From assembly GCA_964199315.1 (NCBI GenBank), contig OZ116700.1, positions 33,046,001-33,110,000 of the forward strand: 64,000 nt of DNA, given 5' to 3'. Of this stretch, positions 52,301-64,000 are shown one piece after another. The DNA is from Orbicella franksi. Lineage: Eukaryota. Each line of letters opens with the position of its first letter. Within the stretch, counting starts at the first letter, position 1. Both the position numbers and the translations under genes were made by a program. Under the pieces are notes generated by a model. The model was not told the origin of the DNA. It made no database searches and saw only the letters and a program-made list of their open reading frames with translations.

Positions 52301-53864
52301 GTGACTCAACACTTACTGACAGCCGTAAAGGCTGGCAGTAATTTTAAAATACAACAACACTACATAGAGACAAAAATGCTTTGGTTTTCCTACAATAGGA
52401 TAACCCAAACATGCTTGTGTTGTGCTGTTTCTTAAAACATGTTTGTTTGTTTCCTTGTTTGTTTGTTTGTTGGTTGGTTGGTTGAACAAGAAACACATTG
52501 TAATCACTACTTAATTTAAGGTACAACTTAATTAATCTAAAAAAACATACCTTTTCATGCTTAGCAAATCCATTGGTTGTCTTTTGCTTATTCTCTCAAA
52601 TTCCTTTTTCAGGATCAGTGTCTAAACATTTGATTAAATCACGTAAGTTAGTTTCAGTCAAAGGTAGTTGAAGTCTCTTTCAATTAACTCACAATGCTAT
52701 TAGATAACTCTTCTTTTATGCTTGTTTTTGTCACGATTCTGTAACATTGTCAAACCATCAATAACGTTATCATGACCACAACTTAGTTTACAACTGGGCT
52801 CTCATTCAAGGTAGTAACTCATAACACTTGATGCAGCTCACTAGGCTTGACAGGCCCTTGATGTTAAGGGAGAACTTACCTGTTGCTGATATAATTCATG
52901 CAAGAAGCAACAAGTTTGTTGCGGGTGTGAAGATCAAGATGGCAAGTGACCCAAAACTGAATGACAACCATCTACAAGAGTAAGAAAAAATGATAATTTT
53001 TCTCACCTCAAATGCTTCATAATCTGGAGTAGCAAGGAAGTCCAAATAGTTTTTTGTTGGTCTGTAACGTCTTGTCTCTTCTTCAACCAGTTGGTTTACC
53101 TGCCAAAGGTATACAGGTGCATGTCATAGTAAAGAATGAGCCAGTGTAAGATCTATGTACATTGTATCACCAGATAATAGAATAATTCTTTTTGTAGCAA
53201 TTTCTTTTATTATTGTATATGTTCATATCTACATAATTATTTACTCCTTTTATGTTGTGTCTCAAATTAACACATGTGCTAGAGTATTTTGGCATTTCAA
53301 TAAAGTTATTTCATTTCACATAGCAGAGTGTTATGTATCTTGACAAAACTTTAGTGCACATAATAATCAAAGACTGAAGAACCTGCCTTGATGCTAATTA
53401 TTTTGACTGCAAATATCCAAGAGTAAGGATAGTACATTTAACAATGTTCTATCCTACATTTAAATTTGTTTTGAGGGAGAAGTTTAACTAAAGTCTGTCA
53501 TCAGTAATATCTGAAGTCTCAACAATCTGAGAGGTCAAAATTTTCAGCACCAGTTCCGTACCATCGATCGTAGTTTTCGTTTAAAATAAAACTGAAATTT
53601 TTCCTTACAAGTGTAAAAAAGACAAAGAGATCGACCAATCTGACTTCCAATAGGCAGCAACAAGTTTTAGCTTAAAATCCCGTTGTCATTAAGTTAAATA
53701 CACATCTCTATCTTTGGGTTGTTGTGCAGCACGGCGAAACAACCACGACGCTTGTTTACTTTACGTGTAGTTCACAATCTTACCATTTCTCTAACTCCTG
53801 GGTCATCATATCCTTGATCAAAATACGGTAAAGCGTCTGGAGCGACTTCATGCGTGGCCGCCAT
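49314..53864 (-). CDS. BCAS2: Pre-mRNA splicing factor SPF27 (PRP19/NTC complex), about 215 aa
   Basis: Exons 53784-53864, 53007-53099, 52551-52621, 52002-52103, 51254-51364, 51020-51062, 49536-49573 and 49314-49422 give [109 protein letters not shown]. This matches human BCAS2 motifs ([32 protein letters not shown]). The last few codons could instead be spliced (TG|gttagt at 49323). Confidence 0.95.
50492..50877. repeat. 386-bp foldback with arms of about 160 bp (BCAS2 intron 6)
   Basis: TCGTGACAC..GGTTACCATAG..CCCTTAATTACAGCTTTAGGGGCTTATAATTCAAAAA..ATATCATCAAATTTTAAT is mirrored on the right; the spacer has a duplicated TGTACAGAATTACTATGT. Confidence 0.85.
51737..51974 (-). mobile_element. 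V-like SINE, copy 2 (BCAS2 intron 4)
   Basis: Colinear with 31293-31531 over about 240 bp. Confidence 0.82.
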
Positions 53865-53870
53865 GATGGA

Positions 53871-53892
53871 TCTACATTACCCACAATACACT
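53871..53892 (+). promoter_or_regulatory. ZNF143/Staf (ACTACAnnnCCCA)-like motif at the BCAS2 start
   Basis: TCTACATTACCCACAATACAC lies 7 nt from the BCAS2 ATG, which itself sits in a YY1-like CATGGCGGCC context. Confidence 0.45.
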
Positions 53893-54331
53893 TCCATGCA
53901 GGAATCTAAAAGGTACCTGGCGGGGAGTTGTGGGTAGTGGATATCCGTGGGTACCCCGGTGGGTAGTTTACAGATACGTACGCAATATATACAGAGACCT
54001 CAGCCCAAGTCATAAACCCGCCTTCCTCTAACGGAGATATTTGAAAATAGGCTACTTTTGATATATTGAATTTAGCTTGATTGTAAATTAAAGGGACACA
54101 AAAAAGAAATGGATGAACAATAAATATTGTCATTCAATTTGTTTTGTTTGTGCCTTCTGAAAGAGCGAGCACGTCGTTACAAAGCTGAATTTTAACATTA
54201 TTTGCATCAAGTAGTTCCAATATGCCAAAAAAAAGGAACTAAGGAAGGTGAGGAGCCAGTAATATTTGAGCCAGACTTCTAGGGTTTTTTTATCTTGTTC
54301 CTTTTTGTTTTTATTTTGTATTTTTTTTAAA

Positions 54332-54468
54332 TTGCTCAGGGCAATGCAACCCGATTCTTAGCCGGTGCGGGTGGCTCGCAGCTGCGCACTTTCTCTCCAT
54401 TGTGGAGTGCGTGGCCGAGAGCGACCTAAAATGTCTGAGAATCAGGCTGAAGGCAATACCCTGCGCAA
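54332..54468 (-). other. 137-nt imperfect stem-loop (unassigned; structured RNA or old foldback)
   Basis: The outer arms pair at 30 positions on the minus strand (24 WC, 3 G-U, 3 mismatches, one 4-nt bulge). Inner helices are CTCG/CGAG, CGCACT/AGTGCG and CTCCA/TGGAG. Confidence 0.55.
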
Positions 54469-55869
54469 AGCTAATAAGCATCACACGTCTTATTACAACA
54501 TGAGTTATCAACAGAATTTTTCCATCAAACTTCATTTAGAGTAAGGATGTTTCAGGACAGCGCACCCATCGCAAGCTAAACGACAAACAACGATAACTAA
54601 ACTGTTGCAACGACTTCAAGCCGGTTTTCCTAGGGTGTTGTTTCCGGCCCTCACACCTCAGGGAATCCTGGGAAGTATTTTATAGCGATGCAATTTGCAA
54701 AATAGAGCGAACAATACGAATGAACACAAATCACACACCTCCCCGACTTGAATAGCTGTTCCTGGTTCTCACTCTGTTGCGATCTGGTGAAAGAGAACTA
54801 GTACGGCATGTCCAGACGTTCAGTTAGTTTGAGCGCAGCGCGACACAATAAAAATTAGCGAGAAGCGCAAAGATAGCGCGAAGAATGACAGGTGGAAAAG
54901 AAAAAGCCGGTAGTTTGTAAAGAAGCCGTCCTGCCTCGTCGACCAACCCTCTTCGTTTTCGCCCTCGCTGTTTTTTCACGCTACCTCCTAACTAACCAAA
55001 GGCACCAAACGCCTGGAAAAACGTCGGGATTCACCAGTCCAATTGTACATTAATTTAAATTTCAACTCTAAAATTCTTGTTTTGCGACGTTTCATTCAAA
55101 CAACAACATACAAACAGTGTTGATAAAATTGCACAGTGTTGATGAAATGCACAGCAAAGCTTTTTGAATATCAATTAGCCCACCGAATGCTCAGTGTTTT
55201 TCTCCACTCAGGATGTAGGGGGTAAGGGTAAGCTTTTTATGGGGGTGAGATAGGTGATGGGCTACCCCTCCCCCATTAAGGGCGGCGTTTTCCTTATGGA
55301 GTTTAGTAAGGTATACTGTATATAGATCAGTGACTGTTACATGCAATACTTGTGCAACGGAAAAGAAACTGAACACTTCACTAGTGGTCATTTTGTGCAC
55401 TCGCTTCGGATTTGTATTTATATTTAAAAAAAAATTCAATAAATACAATGAAAAAAAAAAAACATCCCCTACCACAAATTGCCATTCACTATAAAATTCA
55501 ACCATACGAGCTAAAAGGCTAAAAATGTACAATTCAGTATTTACAACAATCTTTACATTCAATTGAAACGCGTAAGATTTTCACTCTGCCATACTATGAG
55601 AAAAGATTTGTTTAAAAAACAGTTTTGTTTCAAATATGAAAAGGATAAAAAAAGTAAACTCGAATTGCTCAAACGAGAACTCAAAAAAGCTAATTGCTTC
55701 TAAAAATTTCAAATGAAATGACCTTGGTGTTCAAAGGGCATCTTCGGCAGACAGATTCCCAATTCAAGCAGATAAAAAACTAAAACCATTCGCCTTCAAA
55801 CTATGTTGTTTTGAGGTTATATTCCCAGCTAGATTTTACATTCATTCTTATTTGACAGGAATTGAAACA

Positions 55870-56420
55870 TCTTTTCCTTCACACCATTCTCTTCACTGGA
55901 CAGGGGCAAGATTAATTGGGAATAGATCTCACGACTGAAGCCATACCCTTGATACCCTTTTCCTTCACGCCATGCTCTTCACTAGACAGGGACAAGACCA
56001 ATTGGGAATAGATCCCACGACTCAGTCTAGCTGCAGAGCAAACTACGATTACACTCATATTCCTCTAAGCCACACCTTTCACATGTACCTCTTTTCCTTC
56101 ACGCCATGCCTTTCGCCAGACAGGGACAAGACCAATTGGGAAAACATCCCACAACTCAGTCTAACTACAGAGCAAACTACGTGTACACCCATTTTCCTCC
56201 CAACCACGCCCTTCACCGTATAACCCGCTTCCTTCACGCCATGCCCTCAACCAGACAGGGACAAGACCAATTGGGAAAGAATCCCACGACTCAGCCTAGC
56301 TGCAGAGCAAACAACGTTTACTTCCATTTTCCTCTAACCAACAACCTTCACTATGTAACCCACTTCCTTCACACGATACCCTCAACAAGACAAGTATAAG
56401 ACCATCTGGGAATTCATCCA
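55870..56420. repeat. Tandem repeat, 134-135-bp unit, about 4 copies plus partials
   Basis: TCCTTCAC anchors at 55961, 56095, 56230 and 56365; conserved core AGACAGGGACAAGACCAATTGGGA. Confidence 0.88.
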
Positions 56421-59400
56421 ACGCCCGTGTATGCCTTCTTCAAGCCTGATCTATCAACCCCAACGGGTTATTCAACCATTCCTGTCCAGCTAGACTTCAA
56501 TCCTTACACACATCACAAAACAGTAATTGACACTTAAGCACACTCAATTCGAATCTGAATTTGCCCTTGCCCTTTGAACAAACAAGATTGTTTCTAAAAT
56601 AATAAAAGCACTTTAAGATGTCTACTAAGCAAGAACGTTGTTTAAAACAATAGAAATTGATTTACATTTCTTAAGACCTGTAGCTTCATAGTATATTGTC
56701 CTTGTAAAATTCATTAAATTAGTTCTTTGGGCTGACCCTGCTGCAGTGACCTTTATACATATTCTCTGAAAATAGAAAAAAAAGGAAATACGCACAATTA
56801 GACAGATTAAACCTTCGAAGAGAAAAAAAACTGCCAAAATGGCCTTTCTTAGTTCTATAAAATGTTAGCTGTACAGATGTATAACAAGGGCGCCAACCAA
56901 CAGAGACCACGTGACAAACAAGGAAGGCCAACCGATTTTCAACAGGCAGAGAAAGGACCTACAGGGGAAAATGAAGCTAGAAAAGGGTTTTGGGACTGCT
57001 GTACCCCTCTACCCTATTCAACCTTAAGCTTTGCTTATTTCCTTTAACGCCCTCTTCTCTCTCATTTCTGCATCTGCCACACATTGTTCTGTACAATGAG
57101 TTGCCACAATGTCCCAAGCTGGAATGGGGCTTCCCTCTCTTTGCTGAAGTTGTACTCGCTATACCAAATGCTGGCTGTACAGCTATCACTTCTTAGATGG
57201 TTCAATGTATTTCAGTTAGAGCAAAATAAGATATCAGTTTAATAAAGATATCAACTTTATTAGTGGTTAAAGAAATCAGGTATAAACAAAAATAAAAAAC
57301 AACTGCATCGTTGCATCACTCAAAAAGTTAACAATGAAGTAAATCATGTTAGTTCATTGTCACAACTGTTCGAATAGGTTACGAGGTTAATGGTAAACTC
57401 AAACGTTGGTTCTACATAAGGTCATAACCACACCTGTTGCCATAGTTACTGCACCCTTAACTGCACCCCAGGAATCAAAGCATAAGTTAATCTATTTTAG
57501 TTTAAAAGCTTATCCTCCAGCAGCAAGCAGCACAGATGACCTTGGCTTTGCTTCAAATTTTCACACAAAAATAAAAATACAAGCACTTTTGTTGCTTGTG
57601 TTCACACACTCAAATACCTGCCGTCTGCAAGCTTCAACACATTTCTGGGCTAGAACTTCTACCTAGAACACAACATGGCCTTTTAGATTGTCCAAAACAA
57701 AGCTTTACATTTTGATGATGCAAACAACAGTGTGCTAACAGAAATCAAAGTGCTTGTGCCACGCTGACAAACTAATTTCAACTCAAGAACAGGAGACATG
57801 ACTGTGCAGGTGTGAAAAGCACTTGCAGAAAGCACAGAGATATAATTTAGTTTTAAGAGATGCCATTAAAGTGAAATTGAATTATAACTGTTTGCTTTTA
57901 AACATAGACAAGTCACACACTTATAATGTAGAAGGTTGAACTTTGAATCCTGATTGATCAAGAATTTTCATGTAGTTAACATCTTGTCACCTTCATTTGC
58001 ATCATAAATTCACTGCATTAAATTTTTCTGGTTGCTTTCAATTAGAAACTCTAATAAATCAACAAAATTAATGTCGAGTTGGAGCTCAAATTTAAAATTG
58101 AAGAGACAAAACACATAGCAATTTACGTTTAATGTGCTTGCATTTCCTATTGTAAACAACTTGAAGACATCAAACTTACATTAAGTTTTTAATTAAGTAT
58201 CACCTTTAATTCATTGTTATGTTAAGTGTGACCTGTCAGCTACGGCATCCTCAAATCTTAAAGATTACTCATTTCACTTGATAGCCTCATAATTAGGCAC
58301 CAGTTTAGTTTGTTAGTAAACAGCATTCTATAGATGGCAAACAAACAAGTAACCATGATGACATAATTATTTAAACACGTCAAGGAGAACAGCAGTGATC
58401 ACCAGGATTGTATTGAAGAAAAAAATGTAAAGGACTTAGATATAAATGTGTAAACAGGATAACAATGAGCAAATGAGAGCAGGATGTTAGTATTAAAATG
58501 GAAAATGGTGACATAGTGGTGACAACACAAATGATAATGATGATGACAACAAAACAGTATTGACACCAATATAATGTTAAACAACACTGTAAAAAGAATT
58601 CCATGATTTTATTTGTTACATGTTAAATATTTAATACAAAATTTATCAAAAAAATTGATTGAGACAAAGTGCTATTTAATGTGTTAAAATAAAAACGAGA
58701 GTGGTTATGTCTTCAATAAGTCTTGAATGAGAAAAAATATTATTTTTAACAATTATTTCCCTCAACAGGACTTACAAATACATTGCTTGTTTAACGTTAG
58801 CAGTAACAAGTTACCAGTAATAACGTTCTGAAGTAGTCCAGTTTCCCGGTTTAATTGTTTATGATCATCTTGCAACGAGTAACCACTACTCTCAAAAATC
58901 TAAATATCAAGAAATTGTTGAACAGCAGCTCAACTAATAAATAACATTAAGTAATTGTCAATGAAATTTCATTTTGACACAATAATTTTAAGACTTTCTA
59001 CAACTCACAAAATGATTTGCAACTTCTGATCAGCTACAGCAGTCAAAAGTCTTGTTTCATCTTAAAAATTAGTTTCATTTCTCATCATTTAAAACCTGTT
59101 ATATTTATTTTACATTGTGTTCCGCATAATTTATGTGTCAGTAAAATTAAAATTAAATTTGCACAGGAATAAATTATTAAAGTTACTATGAAAACACTAA
59201 ATATAAATGTAAATAAATGAGAGCATTTATTAGAGATGATTATGAGTCAAAAGTGAAAAATTATAATCCTTTTTTCAGTGTCAGTTTTGTTCTGTAAGGA
59301 ACATGTAGAGACCTAAGACCTTAAAAACCAAATGATTATAGTTATATTGGCATTGCACAGTTATCTGTAAGGGTTATAAAATGTTAGACTTAACACTTGG

Positions 59401-61089
59401 ATTATTTTAGTTTACCTTTGTTAGTGCCAAGAAGAAAAAGGCATCAGTCATTTGTTATAATTACTTTGAGTTTGTTGGACAAAAACAACATCTTAGTTAA
59501 CCTTACATTTCAGAGTATATCGATTTTGTTCAAGGCTTAGCACAAAAGTTGAATGATTTAAGAATTCTTGGCTCTGCTGAGGATTGGTGTGAAAGCATGC
59601 ATATGGGGAGGGGGGTTACTATGGATTAAGTTGCACTGCCTTAGTGCACTTTGCTTGCTGTAAGTATACAAGATTCTGCTCCTGTGCTCCTCAAGGACTT
59701 AATTATTTTCACACCAATTCGCTGAGATGCAAGAACTCGAAAATACAGTATATTATTCAAGGAACTAGAAATGTTTACTAGCAGTGTCTTCTACATTGTT
59801 TCAATATATCATAGAAAGAGTACAGAAGTTCCGATTTCAAATAGAGTTTAAACCCTGACTATGTTAAACTAAAAAGACAGTGCATGGTGCCATAAAAAGT
59901 GTCAATCAATTCAAAATTTTGGCTTGGAAATTCTCCCTTTAAGAGAGTCAGATGTTATGTCACAACATTTCCTCTTAAGTTGACAGCAATAATTGTTATA
60001 ATAATAATTGTTCTCAAAAACTGTCAGCGTTGTCACAGCAAAAAGAAATTTAAAATGGATTGATAAAGGACAACCCTGGCAGGTATAACAAACAAGCTTG
60101 TCATTAAACCAGGGTTCATCACAAATGTTCCAAAAGAATCCCCCTTTGTTGTAATTAACAGACAATGAAGCCACTTAATTTGTTAGTGGTCCTACAATTG
60201 TAAAATGCTCTCCTGTTTTGAATTGATCGACACCAAGTTACGCAGTGAGAAGGTAGTAATGTCTACAATAATTATCATTATTAAAGAGGATATTGCAAAT
60301 GTTAAGTATTAGTTTGGTAGAATGCGTCAACTGTAAATAGTTTTTTGTATTCACAGGTGGATGTTACACTGGTGAATATTTTTCGTGTTGCAAGTTATAA
60401 ATAAGTGTGTTACTATAGCAAGGTTCCGATAGCTCCAAAACATGTGCTATGTGAGTGCAGGTATACATCAGTAATTGCAGTAGATTTCCTGGCCACTGCC
60501 AAATGAACAGTGGGATTGTTAGCTTTTTTCAAGAAAAGCAAAATTGCTACTCAAATGAATTGCTGTCAAGTTGCAATATTATTCAAATGCGGCCACTTTG
60601 CAGGAGACCAGCAAATGAATTGGCCTTTTCACCGATGTCACACTTTCCCGACTTTTTTCATTCAAACAAAAAATAAACTACACCACTCAATTCATCATGC
60701 CAAATTTAGTAAGTATGTGAAGTTTCATTCAAATCCATTGGAACTCATTAAAATATAGGACCCCTAACTTGCATACATTTCTTTGCAAGCTTTGGGCTCC
60801 CAAATTTTTATGACTTTGCAACAGAATCTTATAAAACTTCGTAGATTTACTTAATTTGACATGATAAATTGAACTATGGAGGTGGCTTTTTGTTTGTTTG
60901 AACAATAGGAAAAATTGTAAGTTGATATTGCATGACATCAGTTAAAAGGTCCATTGCACAAATACACTTGACTGCCAGATAATGTGCGAAACAACTAAAG
61001 ACGACTTTGGGAAGGACTTTTGTCCTTTGTGGTTTGGTAGTGGCCAGCAAACTGCAAAGTAATTTCCACCTGTTAACAAACAACACTAC

Positions 61090-63877
61090 TTACGAAGATT
61101 CCAGCATAAGCGATTCCTTAAAGAAATGTCTTGAGGCTCTTTTTGGATCAATATCAGGACCAGATGCAATTCCATCCTTCAGTTCACCTCCTCTACTTGA
61201 CTTCCTTCTAAGTCTACTGAATCGAGATTTCTTTTCCTCTTTTTTACTGCCTTGCGGTGAGGTTGGCGATGTAACATCTTCATCAGTCAGTGGACTTATT
61301 GGTTCGGAACTGTGAGGACGTGGCCTATCCTTGTCCATTTCTTTATCCTTATTTTTGTCGCGATTATTTGTAAGGTCTCTGCCTATGCTCAAAAGATCTG
61401 TCAGTGACATGCTCTTTTTTCGAGAATTCAACATTGGGGTATGTCTCTCCTTTTTGTTCTCTGTCTTTGAAATCGAGTCTATGAGATCTCCACTCACAGA
61501 ATAATGTGATTTATCTGGCTTAAGAGGAGCTCTGGAATTCTCTGAGCTCCGTTTGCTGAGTTTTCCCAATCTACAGTTACGTTCTTGATCGCCAGAGGAC
61601 GTTCCTTCAGAAGTCACACCACCTGATGCAGCTGACGCATCCCGAATTTTCTGTAAAATCCCGTTGAGATCATGATCTGATTTCTCTTGGCTTCTTTTTA
61701 AATTCTCAGGTCGTGACTTTCGTGACACGACTGGAGAAGATCTCCTCGGTAAAGTGGAACGTTTGCGCTGTGGTTCTGTTGGAGTTATGGCTGACTGAAT
61801 CTTGTGCTGTGCAATAAGTTGAGATTTTATATGTGGTGTTTGTTTTGTGGGTCCATTACTTTTGGGCGTTGATTCAAGTGAGTCTGACAAATTCTGTAGG
61901 GATTGAACTCCTGTTGTTTGGCCTGGCTGTGAAATGAGGTCTGTCATGGATGATGAATCATCTTCAGAACCCTGTGGCTCCTCAAAAGAGTTCTCTTCTT
62001 GTTCACTTACAGAATCACAAGCATCATACTCATTATTAGACACACAAGGTGAAACTTCTTTTTCAGGTGATGATGGTGGTGTGTCCCCTTCTGTGAGAAG
62101 AGAAGATGATTCTATTTCAGAGTTATGTTCTTTATTTGGAGATCGTGGTTCACTTCTGTCATCCGTTGTTTGTTGTAGTTCTGGTGAAGGCAAAGATGGG
62201 AAATCAACAGATGAAGTTGGTACTGGTGACTGAATCTCTGAATCACCAACGGAGTCATTTAATGAAGCAGAAGACGAAGTTATGGAACCATCCTGCTCTT
62301 CAGCAGCTCTCCTCTTCATAATAATACCTTCTCTCAGACTTGACATCCGTCCTGGTGTAGGCCCTTGAGGGGCTGACGAGGAACGTGATAACGAACTAGA
62401 ATCAACAACCCGTGGTCTTTCCTTCTGTGGTGCAGAAGAAGAACGTGAGATCTTCCCAATTGATTCAGACCGTGGCCTTGCCATTGCACCAAGCAGTGCT
62501 GGTTCTTCTTCTATGTACAGTTCTGCCTGCGGCTGCCTAGCAGCATCATCTTTCTCCTCAGTCTCACCATCTTTACCTCTAATCTCTGATGAATGTGTGC
62601 TGCTTGCAGAGGTCACCGCAGAGTCAGAGCGCACACGAGGATTTAAAGTTGGGAAACCAGACTCATCATCTGAGTCTGATTCAACTGACATAATTGATGA
62701 TGCCGAGGAGCTGCGACGTTTCGGCCGTGAAAATGATGGAGAATTTCCCAATGGCGTGACCAGACCCGAGGGACTCACCAGGTCACTATCACTTGTGCGT
62801 TGCATTTGTATCATGTTAGATGAACCTTGTCCTAACTTGGCTATCATTAACAATTTCTAGGAAATTAAAAACAGAACAAGACACATAAGATAATGGCACC
62901 CAACTGTAACAGCAAAATTTTCTCAATAATCTAAACACTGAAATTGATAACTTCCTGAATGACCATGGTCACTAATGAAGATTACACTGCTACAAGGTAA
63001 CAAAGACAGCTAGGGATTAATGTAGTGATATTATTACTAAGTACCTGGGCTTTTTTAATTGCATCCATCCACTCTTTCTGATCAGCCACAGATCCCTGGA
63101 GGGCAAATGCTTGTACCGCAATGTTGTACTCATTCACATAAATAAGCAAGAAAGTTCCTTAAGAGGAAAATAAAATACAGTATTCTGTTAGCTACATCTG
63201 GTCGTCAGGGTGACATGATAAAAAAGTTTAGCGAACACAACTAAAGGGGAAATGTAAGGAAAGTAAAACCAGTATTAGAACGGAAGAAAATGGTGGATCT
63301 AGCTGTACATGTACGGGACATTAAAGAGAAATGAAGAAAGGCGCATAACAAACACATACAGCTAATCATTAGAACACAATTTTTTCTCACAAAACCTAGA
63401 AAATTAACAAAAGTTCAGAACATCCGCTTGTTAATACCTTGGTCCTTAGAGTTGCTAAGAAAAAGCTTGTCTACTTGGAGAGGCTAACAATGAAAAAAAA
63501 AGACAGCACAGCAATGAGACTGGTACAGAAAAAATAGTTTTGCTAGAAAAAAGTTAAAAAGTTGACTCCCTAACTCCCCACAGCAAGACCATCAATGTTA
63601 CGTTAAATTATGAAAACAATTCCATGGTCTATGTACAGTGTATACCACAGTAGTGGAAGGGCCAAGAAGCACTACCCATCACTCCCCACAAGAAAAGTTA
63701 AATCTACACTGACACCCCCTACCCCCCAATTGCACCTCCAGTTTTAAAGACATCGGCACTGCCATTGTAGTGGTCTAGGTAAGATTCACTTACCGGTTTG
63801 ATGACTTTAAACTTATCGCCTTTCTTTGCTTTGGTTATAAGAAGTAAATCAGTAAATAAAAAGACGTAGACATCCGT
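61090..63877 (-). CDS. PLEKHG5: 3' part of a PLEKHG5/6-like Dbl-family RhoGEF: PH domain and 589-aa Ser-rich disordered tail
   Basis: Exons 63794-63877 (TDVYVFLFTDLLLITKAKK..VIKP), 63438-63483 (PLQVDKL..DQG), 63045-63157 (TFLLIYVNEYNIAVQAFALQ..WMDAIKKAQ) and 61090-62856. These resemble the PLEKHG5 PH domain (DVYCFLFTDLLLVTK..PLLVDK..SFLLIYLNEF..W). The DH domain is not in the window, so the exact paralog is uncertain. Confidence 0.75.
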
Positions 63878-63958
63878 CTGTAAAAAGGGTGCAAAAACAA
63901 AGTGAGACCAAATTAAATTAACCCCATTCTTGGGAAAATATCTACAGAGAAGTAAAGA

Positions 63959-64000
63959 GGGAGGCGCAGTGGGCTCATGGTTAGTGCGCTCGCCTCCGGA
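63959..64000 (+). mobile_element. 5' end of a CORE-like SINE (cut by the window edge)
   Basis: GGGAGGCGCAGTGGGCTCATGGTTAGTGCGCTCGCCTCCGGA matches the 21349 head. Confidence 0.8.

Noticed and set aside
54457-54475. U4 snRNA call from AGCTTTGCGCAG
   Set aside because: Similarity ends after 12 nt; there is no U4 kink-turn stem and no AATTTTTG Sm site.
55870-56420. CRISPR-like array (also the 106-bp repeat at 36050-36390)
   Set aside because: The context is eukaryotic, the inter-core segments are homologous to each other rather than unique spacers, and there are no cas genes.
61934-62860. Plus-strand ORFs opposite the RhoGEF tail
   Set aside because: Antisense shadows of low-complexity Ser-rich coding sequence.

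Overview
Eukaryotic, intron-rich animal DNA. The repeat families and gene content resemble a stony coral (Scleractinia); this assignment is inference from pattern recall, not a database hit. There are three protein-coding genes, all on the minus strand. (1) Positions 46517 to <1 hold a giant secreted extracellular-matrix-type gene. I hand-spliced 40 GT-AG exons into 16,636 nt (about 5,545 aa), and the gene is still open at the left window edge. Its architecture is: signal peptide, agrin N-terminal (NtA) domain, follistatin/Kazal (FS), GON, FS, vWA, FS, FS, vWA, FS, vWA with an intact MIDAS, then at least 23 tandem vWA domains that all lack the first MIDAS aspartate. Every module boundary is a phase-1 intron. 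(2) Positions 53864-49314 hold BCAS2/SPF27 (8 exons, about 215 aa), with a candidate unproductive extra exon in intron 2. (3) Positions >63877-61090 hold the 3' end of a PLEKHG5-like RhoGEF (PH domain and a Ser-rich tail). Introns contain three tRNA-derived SINE types (CORE-like, V-like and a Ser-tRNA-headed type), many MITEs, foldback elements, 106-bp and 135-bp tandem repeats, microsatellites and a 178-N gap. An unexplained 137-nt stem-loop lies upstream of BCAS2.
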